From: Moniliella sp. 'wahieum'
Taxonomy: Eukaryota
Direction: 5' to 3'
Length of the DNA: 64,000 nucleotides
NCBI GenBank assembly: GCA_003971905.1
Contig: RSEE01000025.1
Coordinates: forward strand, 558,001-622,000
Shown: positions 13,652 to 26,589 of the stretch, piece after piece
Numbering within the stretch: the first letter of the stretch is position 1
How the letters are laid out: every line of letters starts with the position of its first letter
Translations under genes and position numbers: made by a program
Notes under the pieces: model-generated
Seen by the model: only the letters and a program-made list of their open reading frames with translations
Database searches by the model: none
Told to the model about the DNA's origin: nothing

Positions 13652-14828
13652 CATGCGAGGTCCTCGCCAGCCTCACGCCCAACGTTCAGCGTTCCAGCTT
13701 CAAGCTTCAAGCCGGACCCGAACTGCCCGCGACTCGGTATACAACCAACACATTCATTGTGGCAGCGCTTGCCAGTCCTACTCGGGCGGGGATCCCCTGT
13801 CTCCCTTTCGTGTCTGTCCTTGTCTGTGTCCTTCCGCCTGGCTTGTATCTGCCTCAATATCTTTCTTGTCCCAAACAAAATTAATCAAAGCCACCCCTCC
13901 CTTGCCCATTTCGTCCCATCTGGCATCCATCTTTCTGTTGTGTGCCTAACCCAGCTTATATCAGCGTGCCAGCTACCCACCATCAGCACTATCCTAGTCC
14001 TTAGTAGGGGAAGAGAGCGCTGCCTTGATGCTTCGCCCGCGTCGTTCCCTGCCTCGGGCCGTAGCTCGGTTCAAGCACATGCACCATCCTGGCCGCCGTG
14101 CCGACTCGGTTTTCCAGTACGAAAACATAGCAATTACAGCGCATCAACTAGGGTCTAGCTATGCCAGTCAGACCGGGGTAGAGGGGGGGGGGGCAAATGG
14201 AGAGGGGGGACAGAGCCGGGGGGGGGGGGGGGGGGGGGGTGCAGAGAAGAATCCTTTCCGGAAGAATAAAGACCGAGACGAACAAAGTGCAGTGGAGGAG
14301 GATACGAAGAACGGTACGAGTGCGAGTGCAAAAAAAAAGAAAACCATGAAAGCAAACCATGAAACCACAAAAAACCAGAGCCAAAGCCATAGCCAAAGCC
14401 AAAGATGAAAAGCAACAACCAACCACATACACACGTCTCGTGCGTAATGCGCGTAACGCGTAAACCCAGAACCGAGGACCAAGAACCCAAAAACGAAAAC
14501 CCAGAATCCAGAATCCAGAACCGAGGCACCGTGTAAAGTGTGTGGTCGGTCCAATCCCACCGCAGTGGCAGCTGCCACGACAGTGCGGGTGGGTGAAACC
14601 AAGAACAGATATAGAACCGGGGGAGGAGGGAGGCACCAAAAGGGGGGCTCCAAAAGGAAACAAATCAGAACAACAGTTGAACGTTGACCCAAAATGGAAC
14701 CGGAACCGGGACGGAGATGGGGACGGGGCCTTTATACCCAGGGACCAGAACCACGGGACCAGAACCACAACCAACCAAATGCGTTATCGCTAGCCCTCTC
14801 AGCTCAGGGGCCGCCGCGTTCTCCCCCG

Positions 14829-17800
14829 TTACCTCCACGGTACAGATTCAGACGAGAGCAGCGAAGGCCAGCGAGGTGCGTCTTTGTCCGTCGGCGCGTG
14901 GGCTTGCGTAGGCACTGGTCCGGGCGAGGTAGGAAGGGAGCCAGTGGGTTGAGCAAGCCAGCGTTGGAACCAGTCTTGCAACTCAGCCGACAAGGAGCGC
15001 GGCGACACGGGTTTGGTCCGCCACAAGTCCATCCCACACTCGTACAGCCCGCGTTGCTGGTCTTGTTCGGAGGACAAGGCCGTGATGGCGACCACGAGAG
15101 GGGTGAGGCCCAGCTGCGCCGCACTCGCACGGATCTGCAACGCGGCGGCAAACCCGTCTTGGACGGGAAGCGAAATGTCAAGTAAGACGACAACCGGTTG
15201 GAACGCCGTGTACTTGGTCACCGCATCCACGCCATCCACCCGCTTCGGCATAGTGGAAGCCCAGTCGCTTGACGATCGTGGTCAATAGCCGCATGTTGAT
15301 CGGATTGTCCTCCACCACCAGCACTTTAAACTCGTCTGGACGCGCCGGCGTTTCGGCCACGGGCAAGACCGGATGCGGCACCGCCGAGCTGGTCTGGACC
15401 AGTGTCGTGGGCCCCGGGGGCGCAAGCGGGCCAGAAGGCGTGGGCGGCGGAGAGGTGGGTCGAGGCGCTTGCGCATGTTCCAAGGTGAGATGGAGGTGGC
15501 GGTGGACGACGCCACCGAGACGGTATCCCAGTCCCGCAGGAGCACCGCCGGATCGTGCACCACCCTCGCCTGCTCGTCCTGCACAAACGTCATCATGCGC
15601 CGCAGTTCGCGTGGGCCATGCGGCGGGCGCATGACGTGCACGGATGACCAATGAACCGCCCCGTCGAAGGCAACGCCATCCCGGACGAACCCAACAATAC
15701 CACCTTGGCATTCGGCCGCAAATCGACCGAAATCAAGTTGAACACCGACGTGTCCACTGTGTCCAGTACCACCACGTCCGCCTCGGCCATGGAACTGGCC
15801 GGGACCAAGCCGCTCTTGACCATACCGAGACGAGCAAAGGCCATCAAAGCCACTTTGGGCGACGGCTCGATATAGTAGCTGAGCCCGGACGACGAGGACC
15901 TTGGGCCCGCGCCCCCGCCCACCAGATCCTCCTCTCCTCCTCCTCCCCTTCGATCCGTTGCACTCGCTCCACAGGCACACAGAGCGAGATCTGCGTCCCG
16001 GTCCCGCGCTCAGAGTGACGTGCAGCTGAGCATTCATCTCCTGCGCCAGCAGCGCGACCAACGTCATGCCCAGTCCGGCGCCCGGGGTGAAGGAAGATCC
16101 CTTGTAAACGGACGGAAGAGTTGGTTGCGGATAAACTCTTGGGACATGCCAGCGCCCGTGTCCGAGATGGTGAACAGGAGTTTGTCCTCGTTGCCTTGGC
16201 CTTCCACCACGTCCACCCGCAACTCAATCTCGCCCGCGTGGGTGAAGCGGAACGCGTTGCCAACGATACGACAGACTTTGGTCAGGGTGGTGGTGCGGGT
16301 GACCCAGGACCAAGCGCGCACCTCGTCGGAAAGGATGATGATGAAGTCCGGCATCTCTCGGTTCTCCTTGGCGCGCGACAAGGTCAACTGGCCCGACTTG
16401 ACCCGCCGCATCATCTTTTCGTACGCATAGATTTGCCGGCCCAACCCCTCGATCCAATCAGCAATGTCCAGCGTCTCAAACACCCCGTCTCATCCACCTT
16501 GCCCGCGCGCGAAATGGGATCCGAGGTGGACTTGACGCCGGTCACCTGGCCAAAGTCCAGCACGTCGTCCAGCAACGCGTGAGCGACGAGCCGGCCACTC
16601 AATCACCTCGAGCGAACGATCGAGGTACTCATGTTCGGTCAAAGTGTTTTTCGGCTTCGGTCCCGAGGGAGCGGTTGTGCAGCGCGTGACGCAGGTCCTC
16701 CGCTACACCCAAAATGCCATGCAACGGCGTCCGAAGCTCATCTGCACCGTCTGGATAAACGCGAGCTGCGCCTGCTCGGCCGCCGCGGCCTCTTGGCGTG
16801 TGATGGAGGTATGCAAAATGTTGGCGGCCGCATGGAGAAAGAGAAGGTCGGATTGGTCCAGTGCTTGGAGCGCCGTAAACGTAATCACCAGCACTTGGCG
16901 AATCTTGGTCCGCGACGGCCGACAAGACAGGCACCGTGGCGTACATCCGCGTCTGCTTGGTCAATTGCCGACAGCGGACTAAAGTCGACCGAACCATCCG
17001 ACGTGTCCGAGATGCCCGGGTTGGACGCCGAGCCGGTCGTGGACGGTTCATGTTCCGAATCGGTAGGGTAGTTGCTACCGCCATCGGGCAATGCGCCCAA
17101 AAGTGCGCTTGGCCCGGGTTGTGGGATTGCTGGGCGATCGACAAGAGCTCTTTCAACTCCCGCACGGCCTCAATTGAACTCACAATCGGGCATCTCCTCT
17201 TCGTTCGGCCCATCAAACGCATGCAGAACCGCTTGCTCCCCACCCTCCTCCTCCCCGCCGGATTATGGCCCAACTGGAGACGAGAGATCGGGACCGTAGG
17301 TGATGGTGTCGGGAATGTAGGCTGCCGTGACCCGGGGCGACTCGAGGTGGGAGTGGACAGGTTGGTCGAGCCGGGCGAGTAGGCCTCGGAGTTGTCCATT
17401 TTGGGGGACGATAGCTCCGTACCGCGGCCGGCGGGGCAGACGGGACGGGGATGGGCGTAGAAACCGCTGAGGCCGAAGTGGACGGGACCGTGACAGAAGT
17501 ACCGGCGGAGGAAGGGCTTGAAAGTGGTGAAGGGGAATTCGGTTTCGGTGTAGGCAGCGGGGAGATGGAGGATTGGGACCAAGATGCACGGGGGAATGCG
17601 GCGCGGCGCTTTTGGCGATCCCGATGGCTGCGTGGTTTGGGCACATTCAAATTGAGCTCCCGCACGTCAATCGCAAACGCCGTCTCGGCATTCAGAGTGG
17701 ACCGGAGCGATTGACAGACGAGTTGGGTGCGCTGACACGACTCGGTCTCTTCGTCCAACTCGGACGTTTCCGAGGTAGATGAAGTCATGCTCCCGCCCGT

Positions 17801-18939
17801 GGGTATCTTGTTGAACTTGCGCAGCAACTTGGGATTGTCAACCGATAGTGCCAGATACCCCAAGCTCTGCGCCATCCTTGCCGTCTTCTCTCCCAATTGC
17901 TCACGATACGCATTGTCAAACGCTTCGGACACCATAAATGAGATGTCGTTGAGCACATGCAAATCAGCATCGTCGAGCGTGCGAGGCACTGGTCCATAAT
18001 CATCAGCCGGCCCACATCAACGTGCTCATCGGGAAAGCGGGGATCCTGCGCCGGGAGAGACAGTTTGATGGGTACCGCGCGTAAAAGCGAAACGTCTGCC
18101 CGTCCTCGACGGCCTCAAACCCCTCGCCAAGAGCGGAAGGAGATTCTTTGAACCGCCAGTCTTGCAGCATGTCCTCCACGATGAACAAACCATCCTGGAG
18201 CATTGCGTGCGAACACAGGGATTTATACCGTGGGATGCTTGTGATGTTCGCATCGCCCCCCGCTTGGGACACAATGCTAATGTTTTCTTGGTTCTCGGAC
18301 GGCATGGTCACTGCAGCATAGGGCACTTTGAAAGCTGTCTGAAGAAACGTGACGTAGCGTTGGAGAAAAGGGGTTTTTCAATGGATACAGCCCATGGCGG
18401 ATGAGCGCAGCACGACGCGAGCGTTTCTTGCCCAGCACATTGGGGGCATTCATGTACCCATGTTTCTTGAAAAAGTCTGCAGGGACATGAAGATTAGCTG
18501 AGAGGAACCCCACTGGAGATCAAGACCGAGTCTCGTGCGCAGGGCTGGGCACAATCACGGGTGAGAAGGGAGGGAAAACGTATACGCACCGAGTGTGTTC
18601 AGCCGCTCGCCGGCTTCGTCGGTTACAAAATTCTGTTCGCGACGCGCCTGGCGTCGTTGCTGGCGACGGACTTGGACGCAGCGGAGGCGGAAGTGCCATG
18701 AGCGGCGGTGGCGGCGCAGCGCTGGCCAAGGAGGTCTCGAAGGAGACGCCTGCCCGTTTAACGTGGACGCTCGACGCTGCCCGCTTGGGCTTGGGAGGCA
18801 GAGGAGGAATGGTGGGTATGATGCGGGACGAGGCGGAGCGGGGAAGGAGGGGCATGCTGGGATCCTTCCACGTGCCCGCCCGGTAGCGTGCCAGCCACTT
18901 TTCCCACTCGGAAGGGTCGAGGGAGGGGGCGACGGTCAT
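14829..18939 (-). CDS. Hybrid two-component histidine kinase (GAF-HisKA-HATPase-pseudoREC-REC)
   Basis: GAF (SLCSHAML, VEDMLQDWRF, FRFYA), H-box (H)ELRTPLHGILG across a frameshift, GNAFRFTHAG, ISDTGAGMSQEF, receiver VLVVEDNPIN...LLDISLPVQDG...ITALSS...TKPVS. Intron ~18513-18589. Confidence 0.92.
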
Positions 18940-19850
18940 GTCGGGGGGCGGCGGGGGTCCATGATGAGGAAGGAATATGGTGTGGCACTGGCCTCGCCGC
19001 GAGGGGGGGGGGGGGGGCGGTGCAGGGGGGGCTAATTAGGCGGGTGGTGGTGATGAGGGGGTAGTGGTGGTGGTGGGGGTGGCGGTGAGGGGAGGGTGAG
19101 GGTGAGGGTGAGGGTGGCGGTGGCGGTGGCGGGCAGGCGGGGCTGGGACGTGGGAGCGGAAGGGGCGGCGCAGAGCGGATGGAATACGGACGGGGCTTGG
19201 CTGGCCGCGTACGGGCTGCGGGCTGCCTGCACGGGGTGTTGGATGCTGTCTGAGACGCAGTACGCAGGCCCAGAGTGGATGTGATGCGTGACACGTGAGA
19301 TCTGAGATCCGAGATGCTGAGGCCGAGGGTGCGAGCTGCAATGTTCAAAGCATGCTGCGGGCACAGAGCGTGCGCCAGTGCGTCTGCCATGGCTGCCCCT
19401 GCAGTCCGATGGACGCAGCAGCATGCACTGCTCCTGCTCAGCCTGGGCGCTCACGCATGCGTGCATCACCCATCGCATGTCCCCCCGATACACGATAGCG
19501 CTTTATTAGTGCGTAGCAGCACGGGCCGGTGCCAGTCTCGGCCCCCAGGCCCCAGGTGCCACCAAGTGCCACCTCCTCGGCTGCCTCCGATCCACGGTGC
19601 TGCCGTGGCCAACGAGGTACCCGGTACGTATGCATGTGTTTCACCACCGAGCATACGGGGCACTGGCAGTCCTCGACATCGATCATCGATCATCACCCGG
19701 CCCAACCCGTAGAGAGTGGAGACATCAGCCAGCACCTCAATAGCCAGCCCAGCCAGCCCAGCTAGAGCAGCTGTAGCACGCTGTAGCAGCCCACAGCATG
19801 GGTGCCATGCAGCCGGCTGTATAGGGCCAGCCCACTGGATCCTGAGGCCT

Positions 19851-19906
19851 TGAAGCTTGAAGCTTGAAGCTTGAAGCTTGAAGCTTGAAGCTTGAAGCTT
19901 GAGGCC
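19851..19906 (+). repeat. (TGAAGCT)7 heptamer tract followed in register by TGA-GGCC
   Basis: Read directly. Longest homogeneous member of the TNA-palindrome family. Confidence 0.95.
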
Positions 19907-20479
19907 TGGGGCTGAGAGTGGTAAGCGCGAAGCTTCAACCGGTAACATGTAACAGGGAGCATTAGCATTTACCATGTAATACAAAGCGTGACGCGTGACG
20001 TGTGATCCCGATCAAAGCGTTCGCCGTCAGCGCGTCAGAGTTTTATAAGGTTGCCTACGTTACATTGCAACCCGCACGCTGAGGCAAGTTTTGAGCCAGC
20101 AGTGCGCTATCCTGCGCTGGGCGGGTGGCAAGTGACTAGCTTGACTGGCTACGGCCTGCTCCAGCCCGTCGCCTAAGTAGGTGACCACAGGCTGCTGCTG
20201 GGCCCGAAGCTTCCTTCCTACCGCGGGGCCGCACCCCACCAGTGTCCCGGCCCCAGTCCGCCACCAGCCACCTGCAGTGCTACATGTCACAGTGGCTAGT
20301 GATAGTGACATGCATGACATGTGACATGTGACATGTGACATGCCCATATCATGTATCATGCATCGTGTATCATATATCATGCATCATCCTGTCAGGGAGG
20401 GTGGTAGAGTGTCGCAGTGGCCTGCAAGCACATACTCTCGGCCAGATACTCACGCGTCACGCGCCACGCGTCACGATCG

Positions 20480-22520
20480 CCCATCGGCTCCTTTGGACCC
20501 TCTTTTCCGCTTCTCAGAACTCCCGTTTTGCATTTCAGGCCCGCCTTGACAGTGTCTGTGTTATCCTCTCCCCGCTTGCCGTTTCCATCTTTTTTCATAC
20601 CAGGAGACCACCGGCCCTGCGGCCCGGTCTGCTGGGGCTTCGCTCCCAGCCTGCTCGCCGCCTTAGCCACCGTTCCATCCTGTTCGCCCTCGTAGCCCCC
20701 GTTAGTAGAGTTGGGCACCTTCCGGTACGCAGCCAGCGCCTCCTGCGTTCCCGAGTTGAGCAGCGTGTGGTCTACCTCCATTCCTGATCCTCCGAGTGCT
20801 CCAGGCCCCATCACGCGGTAATCAGTGCGCATTACCTTCCTCCCACGCCTCGTCCCATCCTCCTCCTCAACAGTCGGCTCGCTGTGGATGTGGGTCGGGG
20901 ATGGACATGCTGCGCATGGAGCAGCACAACGGGCGGCTGGAGACCAAAACCTCTTAACATGCTTGTCGCTGAGCCGGAGGCACGGGGCTGATGGAATGGA
21001 GGAGCCAAGTGTGGCTGAGCGGGTTGCTGTGCTCGACCACATTGCGACCGCCGGCATCGTCCAGCTTCTGGAGCTGTCCTTGTCGGCTCTCCTTCCTCAT
21101 CTCCCGGCAGCGCTGGCGTTCCTTCGTAAATGCGTTCGCCGTCGCCGTGCGTGCATCCGAACGCGGTCATATCATAAGTGGTAATAAGATAGTCGTTGAC
21201 ATCGTTGGCCGCAGCACGCTATACATGGGGCGCGATACACGAGTACAGCGGGCTGCCGCATCCTCCCATCCGGAGAGGACAGCTCATGACGATGTCGAAG
21301 TGGCCATCCTTCATACCTTGGGGGTCCTCGTCGCTCTGGATCCGTCTGAACTCCGTGCAGATGAAGGCATCTATCTCGGCCAGCACATCGTTCAGCTGCC
21401 CCTCCCTCTCATCATTCTCCCCGCATGTCGCTGTCATGCGCTCGACCATCCGCACGATAGGCTCCACTCTGTTTTGCGATGCTACTCGCAGCTGAGTGAT
21501 GGGAGAAGCCAGCTATCGGGAGCGATCGCTCCAGTGATGCCTTTGGCACACAGGCCGTAGATCAGCTCCCCACAGGCCATGGGGCAGATACCTCCCGTGG
21601 TTGCCTTTTCTCCACGGGGGGGGTAAGGCGGGAGGCAAGCAGGAGCACACGGTCCGGAGCAGTTCCGTGGTAAATACCCTTGGTGAGGGCGGTGAGGAAG
21701 TCAACGGAGCTGTCGCATTCGAAGGCCGCACGTAGGAGGGGTTGGGTCCATCCGGATAGACTTGCCCCAACGTCGGGTCGAAATGTGGCAATCAAAGTGG
21801 CAAAGTCGATTTCGTCCAAATCCCCCTCGGCGTGGTTACTGTCCGTCGCACCGGCGTGGTTACTGTCCGTCGCATCGGCGGGGGTGGTGCCAGGCGGTAC
21901 CACGCGGCCTGTATGGGAAGATAGTGCGGCCGGTGGTGTTGCCCAAGGCTGTGCCCGAACCGAGTTGAATGGGTTCGCATCTCCAACAGGATGGAGCTTT
22001 TCGAGGCTTGTCTGGGTCTCTAGAGTGAGTGGGGCAATGGTGGATAAGCCGGCGAGGGTACTTGCTGCGCGGCTGAGGCAGCCCTCTCCCAGTTAAGTTG
22101 GTTGTGGTCTTGGAGACTGAGTCGGGGGATCCGCGTGTTGAAGGTCTATTCGGTATGCATATCCTTGGCAGCTTGAGGCTGGGACAAAGAAACGCTGAGC
22201 CTAAACCGAGCCGTTCCTCCGGCATGTTGTGTGGTATTATAGTACTACTACCGCCTGTACTTTTGTCCTTTATGGGTCGCAGTGGAGAGCAGGTACTGCG
22301 GACAGGTCGGGACTGGCCTAGTGCTTCTTTCCTGGCTGGCACAGCTGGGTCTACACCGAGTAGATGCGGTTCTACGTGCTCTGATGCGAAGCGATGCTTA
22401 CCAAAACATCCCCCAGCGACTAACTCCGCAGACACGCACGGGGACGGTACTTGTGAGGGTCTGGTGATGTCCCCAGCACCCCACACCTTGCCCCGGCTGG
22501 CCTGCTCCGAAGCTGTCGTC
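20480..22520 (-). mobile_element. Internally deleted CRE-clade (Cnl1/MoTeR-like) non-LTR retrotransposon remnant, copy A
   Basis: Minus-strand motifs in order: GEGCLSRAASTL...LEKLHP, SRLTP, TGGICPMACGELIY, QLRVASQNRVEPIVR, PLRMGGCG, LRLSDKHV, HSEP...RTDYRVMGPGA...EVDHT (restriction-like endonuclease start). No RT palm. Confidence 0.8.
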
Positions 22521-23237
22521 CCCTAGCATCGATCGTACGCACCCTTCCGATGTAAGGAGGGTCAAGCCGGTCACTGCTAGGTCACTACTAGACCACTAGG
22601 CTCACCCTGGTGGTGTGTGGAGCATCAGTACACAGTGGTATTGAATGCCCGACGGATTGGCTATACGTGATGCATATGGGTGTGGGTTTATCAGTTGTCT
22701 TGGGGCAATCACGGAAGCTCGCTATAGCCGCTGAAGCTTTCCGGGGCCAGCTGCTGATTACTCGGCGTTTCTCGTTGTGGGATCAAGTTCATCGACGAAC
22801 CCATCATCGGCACCCCCCCCCCCCGCCTCCGAGTTTACATCCGTAGAAACTGCAACCTCCGTGGACGAATAGCCCGCATACCGACTCTTGGTGTGTGTTC
22901 ATTCACAAACACATCACGTCCAACCCATTCCCACCTGGCGCAGGCATATACCTCTTTCCGTATTCCAAAAACCTGGACTTAACCCCATCATGCATTTTGA
23001 TGTACATCCTTCGGTAGTACCGCCTTGCGTAGAAAAAAGCATACAGAAAGGGATCGCATGCAGGTGATAAATGAGAATGACAATTGCTAGACTGTGTGGT
23101 TCTGCTCCAGCCCCAACTGGAGAGCGAGGCGGATACGCGTCCCGGATCAAGAAATGAAGTCATGGGTTCGATTCTCATTTTCGAGCCATCCTTTCCCTGA
23201 TCATTTCCTCCAGGTAGTGACCTCTCACAACAATGAA

Positions 23238-23773
23238 TCACGCCAACTTGTTGTACTCGGCTTGAGCCTCCGGGGTAATTGATTCGGGCGTCTGTTTTCC
23301 TTTGTTAGTCCATCCGCACAGAAGAAAAACCACCTTCGTTGTCGAAAGCAGGTCCACGTACCAGCCAGACTTGGTACAGCGTGATTTTACGCTCGCCATT
23401 TGCATTGGGTGCGGCCACCTTGAACCGCGAAGTGAAGCTAACATAGCGGAGCGAGCCATCCTTTCGGCCTGACGCAAGGTCCCCGCGGACCAGCACGTCC
23501 CACGGACCAGTTGTCGTCAGCGGCAAACCGGCCGCGGGATAAATTCCATGAACACGGTGATGGCGACGCAAAATGTCCTCCCAAGCTGGTGCGCGCCAGG
23601 CACTGATGGCCGCAAGAGTTGTGGCGGGGGCCATAGCGCCAACCTGAACGTACTTCAGCTCTGGCTCCGGTGCAAAGGCGGCGGCGTACTGGGCAGGACT
23701 GGGGCCGGTGTTCTTGTCGGAGAACATAGAAGTCCTTGACAAAGGACGTGAGCTCAGTGAGGGCGTCAGCCAT
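23238..23773 (-). CDS. Small NTF2/SnoaL-like fold protein
   Basis: LTSFVKDFY..SD, YAAAFAPE, AWEDILRRHHRVHGIY, VLVRGDL, KITLYQVW pattern typical of fungal SnoaL-like proteins. One intron before the last exon. Confidence 0.6.
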
Positions 23774-24215
23774 GGTAAGTGGGGTGTGTGTTGACAGCGG
23801 TGGCGGGAGACGAGGAGGCCGGGATGAACCCACCAAGGAGAGGTCAGTGCACGCCCACCGGCCACCGCTGACCACTGCGTCGCCGCCTCAGCCTCAGCTT
23901 TGGCGGGTTCAGGACTAATTCTTAGCTAAGGACGTAGATGAAATAAGCGCACCTATTCGTGCCAGCTCGCACTTATAACCAGCTGCGCTTGGTTTCAATT
24001 GCAACCGCACGCGCTGTCCTGCGTCTTTCCAGCTTTCAAATGGCAAAATGGCCTACGCGCTACGAGCAAAGGCTCAGATTTTTGAACGTTAGAGTTCATT
24101 GTTCATTGGCCTGCTGCACTTTGATTTTCTCGCCCAAAGCATCCCCACCCTGCACCTTCTCAACCACGCTGGCTGGCTCCCGCGCCCCGTCTTGAAGCTC
24201 GAGCTCAGAGGTCCA

Positions 24216-25988
24216 ATGGAGCAATTGCTGCTGGACTTTGTCGCAGCACACTCGGCTCAGACGGCGCCCAGCTCTTCTGGTGCGCCCCAGGAGCCCCGCC
24301 CCCCGCTTGTGCACATTCACCACACCCCAGACCAGGGCCGCACCCTCGTCCTCGCCGACGCCGTCGTCCCTGGCCAGACCGTACTCAGCGTGCCGTCCAG
24401 TGCCCTGCTCAATCTCAAGACGATTCGCTCCGTCTTTCCTCCATCTCTCATCCCACGCCCCTCCCCTCTTTGGGCCCCACTCCCAGAACCCCCAACCGCT
24501 GTGGATGACCATGACGCGATCCCGACTGGGGTACGCCTCTCATGCCCGCCCTGGTACCGTCGACTCCCACGCAATGCCTGGTCCTCTGAGCCACACTGCA
24601 CTTGTTGCGCTCTATCTTGCAGTTTGTCGTCAGTTCCCTCGCGACAGGCTACCGCCCCCTCTCGCTACTTTCATTCACCCCGATGATTGATAGCATGCCC
24701 GATTCCCTCTTCTCCACCCACCCACTCGGATCTACCTGTATGCCCACCGCATTGCTCGCCCACCGTCGGACTCGTATGAATTTTATTCGACTCTCTGGGC
24801 CTCCTTCACCCCTCGGGTACGCACCCTGGTAGAAGCGGTCTACCATCGTTTCCGTCGCGACTGGGCCGCAACTTGTACTGCCTACGAGCATGTTCCCACC
24901 ACCAACGCGCTTCGCGATCGTCTCTTCCCCGATGTGCCAACTCCCGAGCGCTGGCGCACGCCTCTCCTCTTCTTTCGAAGGAGGATTTGTCTGGGGCTGG
25001 CTATGCGTAAACACGTGTGTTTCCCTCCTGTACTGCTTGTGGGTATTGCAGATCTGACCATTGCTTCCTCACCGACCCAGCCGGTGCATCTTCTACGAGC
25101 TGCAACTTGCTCCACGAGCTGACAACTTTACCTTGATGCCCATTATTGATATGGCAAATCATACGAATGACCTTGCGACCGCGTTTCGCGTGCACCACAC
25201 GCGCGTGGGGGGTTGGACCTGTGCGCTCCACCCAGTACCGACGCGCAGAAGGATGGAGATCATTGGCGCGGGCTGCGCAAAGGCGATCCCATCTGCCTCC
25301 AGTACGGCCCACATTCGAACCCGGTACGTTGACTGTGTTTTTCCTGCCGTGTTAGTAACTATCAGTCCTGACCCAAGCCTGCTTCTGACTTCAGTTCCTC
25401 TTTGCCGAGTATGGCTTTGTCCTGACACGCGATGACAAAACCGGATGGAACCGATACAACGACGTGAACCTAGACGAGGCAGTGAACGCTGTGCTGGAGG
25501 GGCTGGCCTTGATGTTGAAGTTGGAACCGGGCCACCCGCTTCACCCCCGCACCGTCCTGGACGAAGCAGGGTACGCAGACGATTGGACCATCCAAGAGCA
25601 GCCGGTACCTACCCACCCCAGTTGGCGTACCACCATGACCATGTGGTGTCTTTCCTGTTACAAATCCGACCACGAAGCAACGCAGCAAAACCTGGATCGG
25701 TGGCAGAAGGCCGTGTCGGGGCTAGTGCGGTCGGCAGGCAACTCGCTCAACGCGGCCAAGCTCCTTGCCACCACCCTTCGGCGCGCTAGCCCGGCTCCGC
25801 GATATGCCGCTGCGCTCACGCGCGTGCAACAAATGACCTCGCTGCCTCCTGATGGCCAGAGGTTGGTGGACTTTTCAGCGGCGCTTTTGGGGGAGCAGAT
25901 GGCGATGATCCAGGGACTGCTGGGGCGACTCGATGCGCTTATCGCTGCGCCTACTGAGGCCGACTGGGACGCCTTTTGGGACGCCTGA
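24216..25988 (+). CDS. SET-domain protein-lysine methyltransferase (Rkm/Rubisco-LSMT type)
   Basis: GRTLV...PGQTVLSVPSSALLN, TLMPIIDMANH, QYGPHSN, LFAEYGF. Two apparent introns and frameshifts. Confidence 0.85.
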
Positions 25989-26589
25989 ATCGGGTCCAAA
26001 ACGCTCGTCAAAACCATCCAGGCCGGGGAACACTATATCTGCCCGCTTATATGTATGACATCTGAGAAGCATGCCACGGCACATGCATCGATTATGATCA
26101 CTCTCTGCCTTCAAGCCAGCTGTGTTACTCTGATTATCGATTATGCCCACTCAGTACTCATCGATCATCTGGATTGCTTGTAGCCTAATCAGTGTGCTAC
26201 TATGGGTAGCGCAGCTTGAGGCCCGCGGTACTTCTTGAAATGCTGTGGATGTGAAGATGGATGAATGTGAATCGGGCCCGATGATACTAGAGAATGCGGA
26301 TACGATACGGACTCGTAACCTCATGAACACGATGGTTGACACGAATGGTTGGCACGAATGGTTGGAGACGCTGAAGGTTGGGGTTGGTGCTCAGGCTGAG
26401 TTGAGAGCTGAGAAGATGAACTTCAACTGGCATGCATAAAAGCTTTTAATCGTGGTGAAGTGGTGAAAGCCTCATCTCGACCTTAGAAAATAGGATCCAT
26501 GCGTTAGGTAATCAACACGATGATACGTTAATCGTGCTGGAGCTGTCAGCAGCTGATCCCGTACGCCTCTGTCCTTTTCATCCACCATC

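Noticed and set aside
14182..14240. Poly-G runs as G-quadruplex or regulatory elements
   Set aside because: Homopolymer runs are common throughout and their lengths are unreliable in this assembly.
19851..19906. CRISPR-like or telomeric array
   Set aside because: 7-bp units with no unique spacers, eukaryotic context, interstitial, and the unit differs between tracts.
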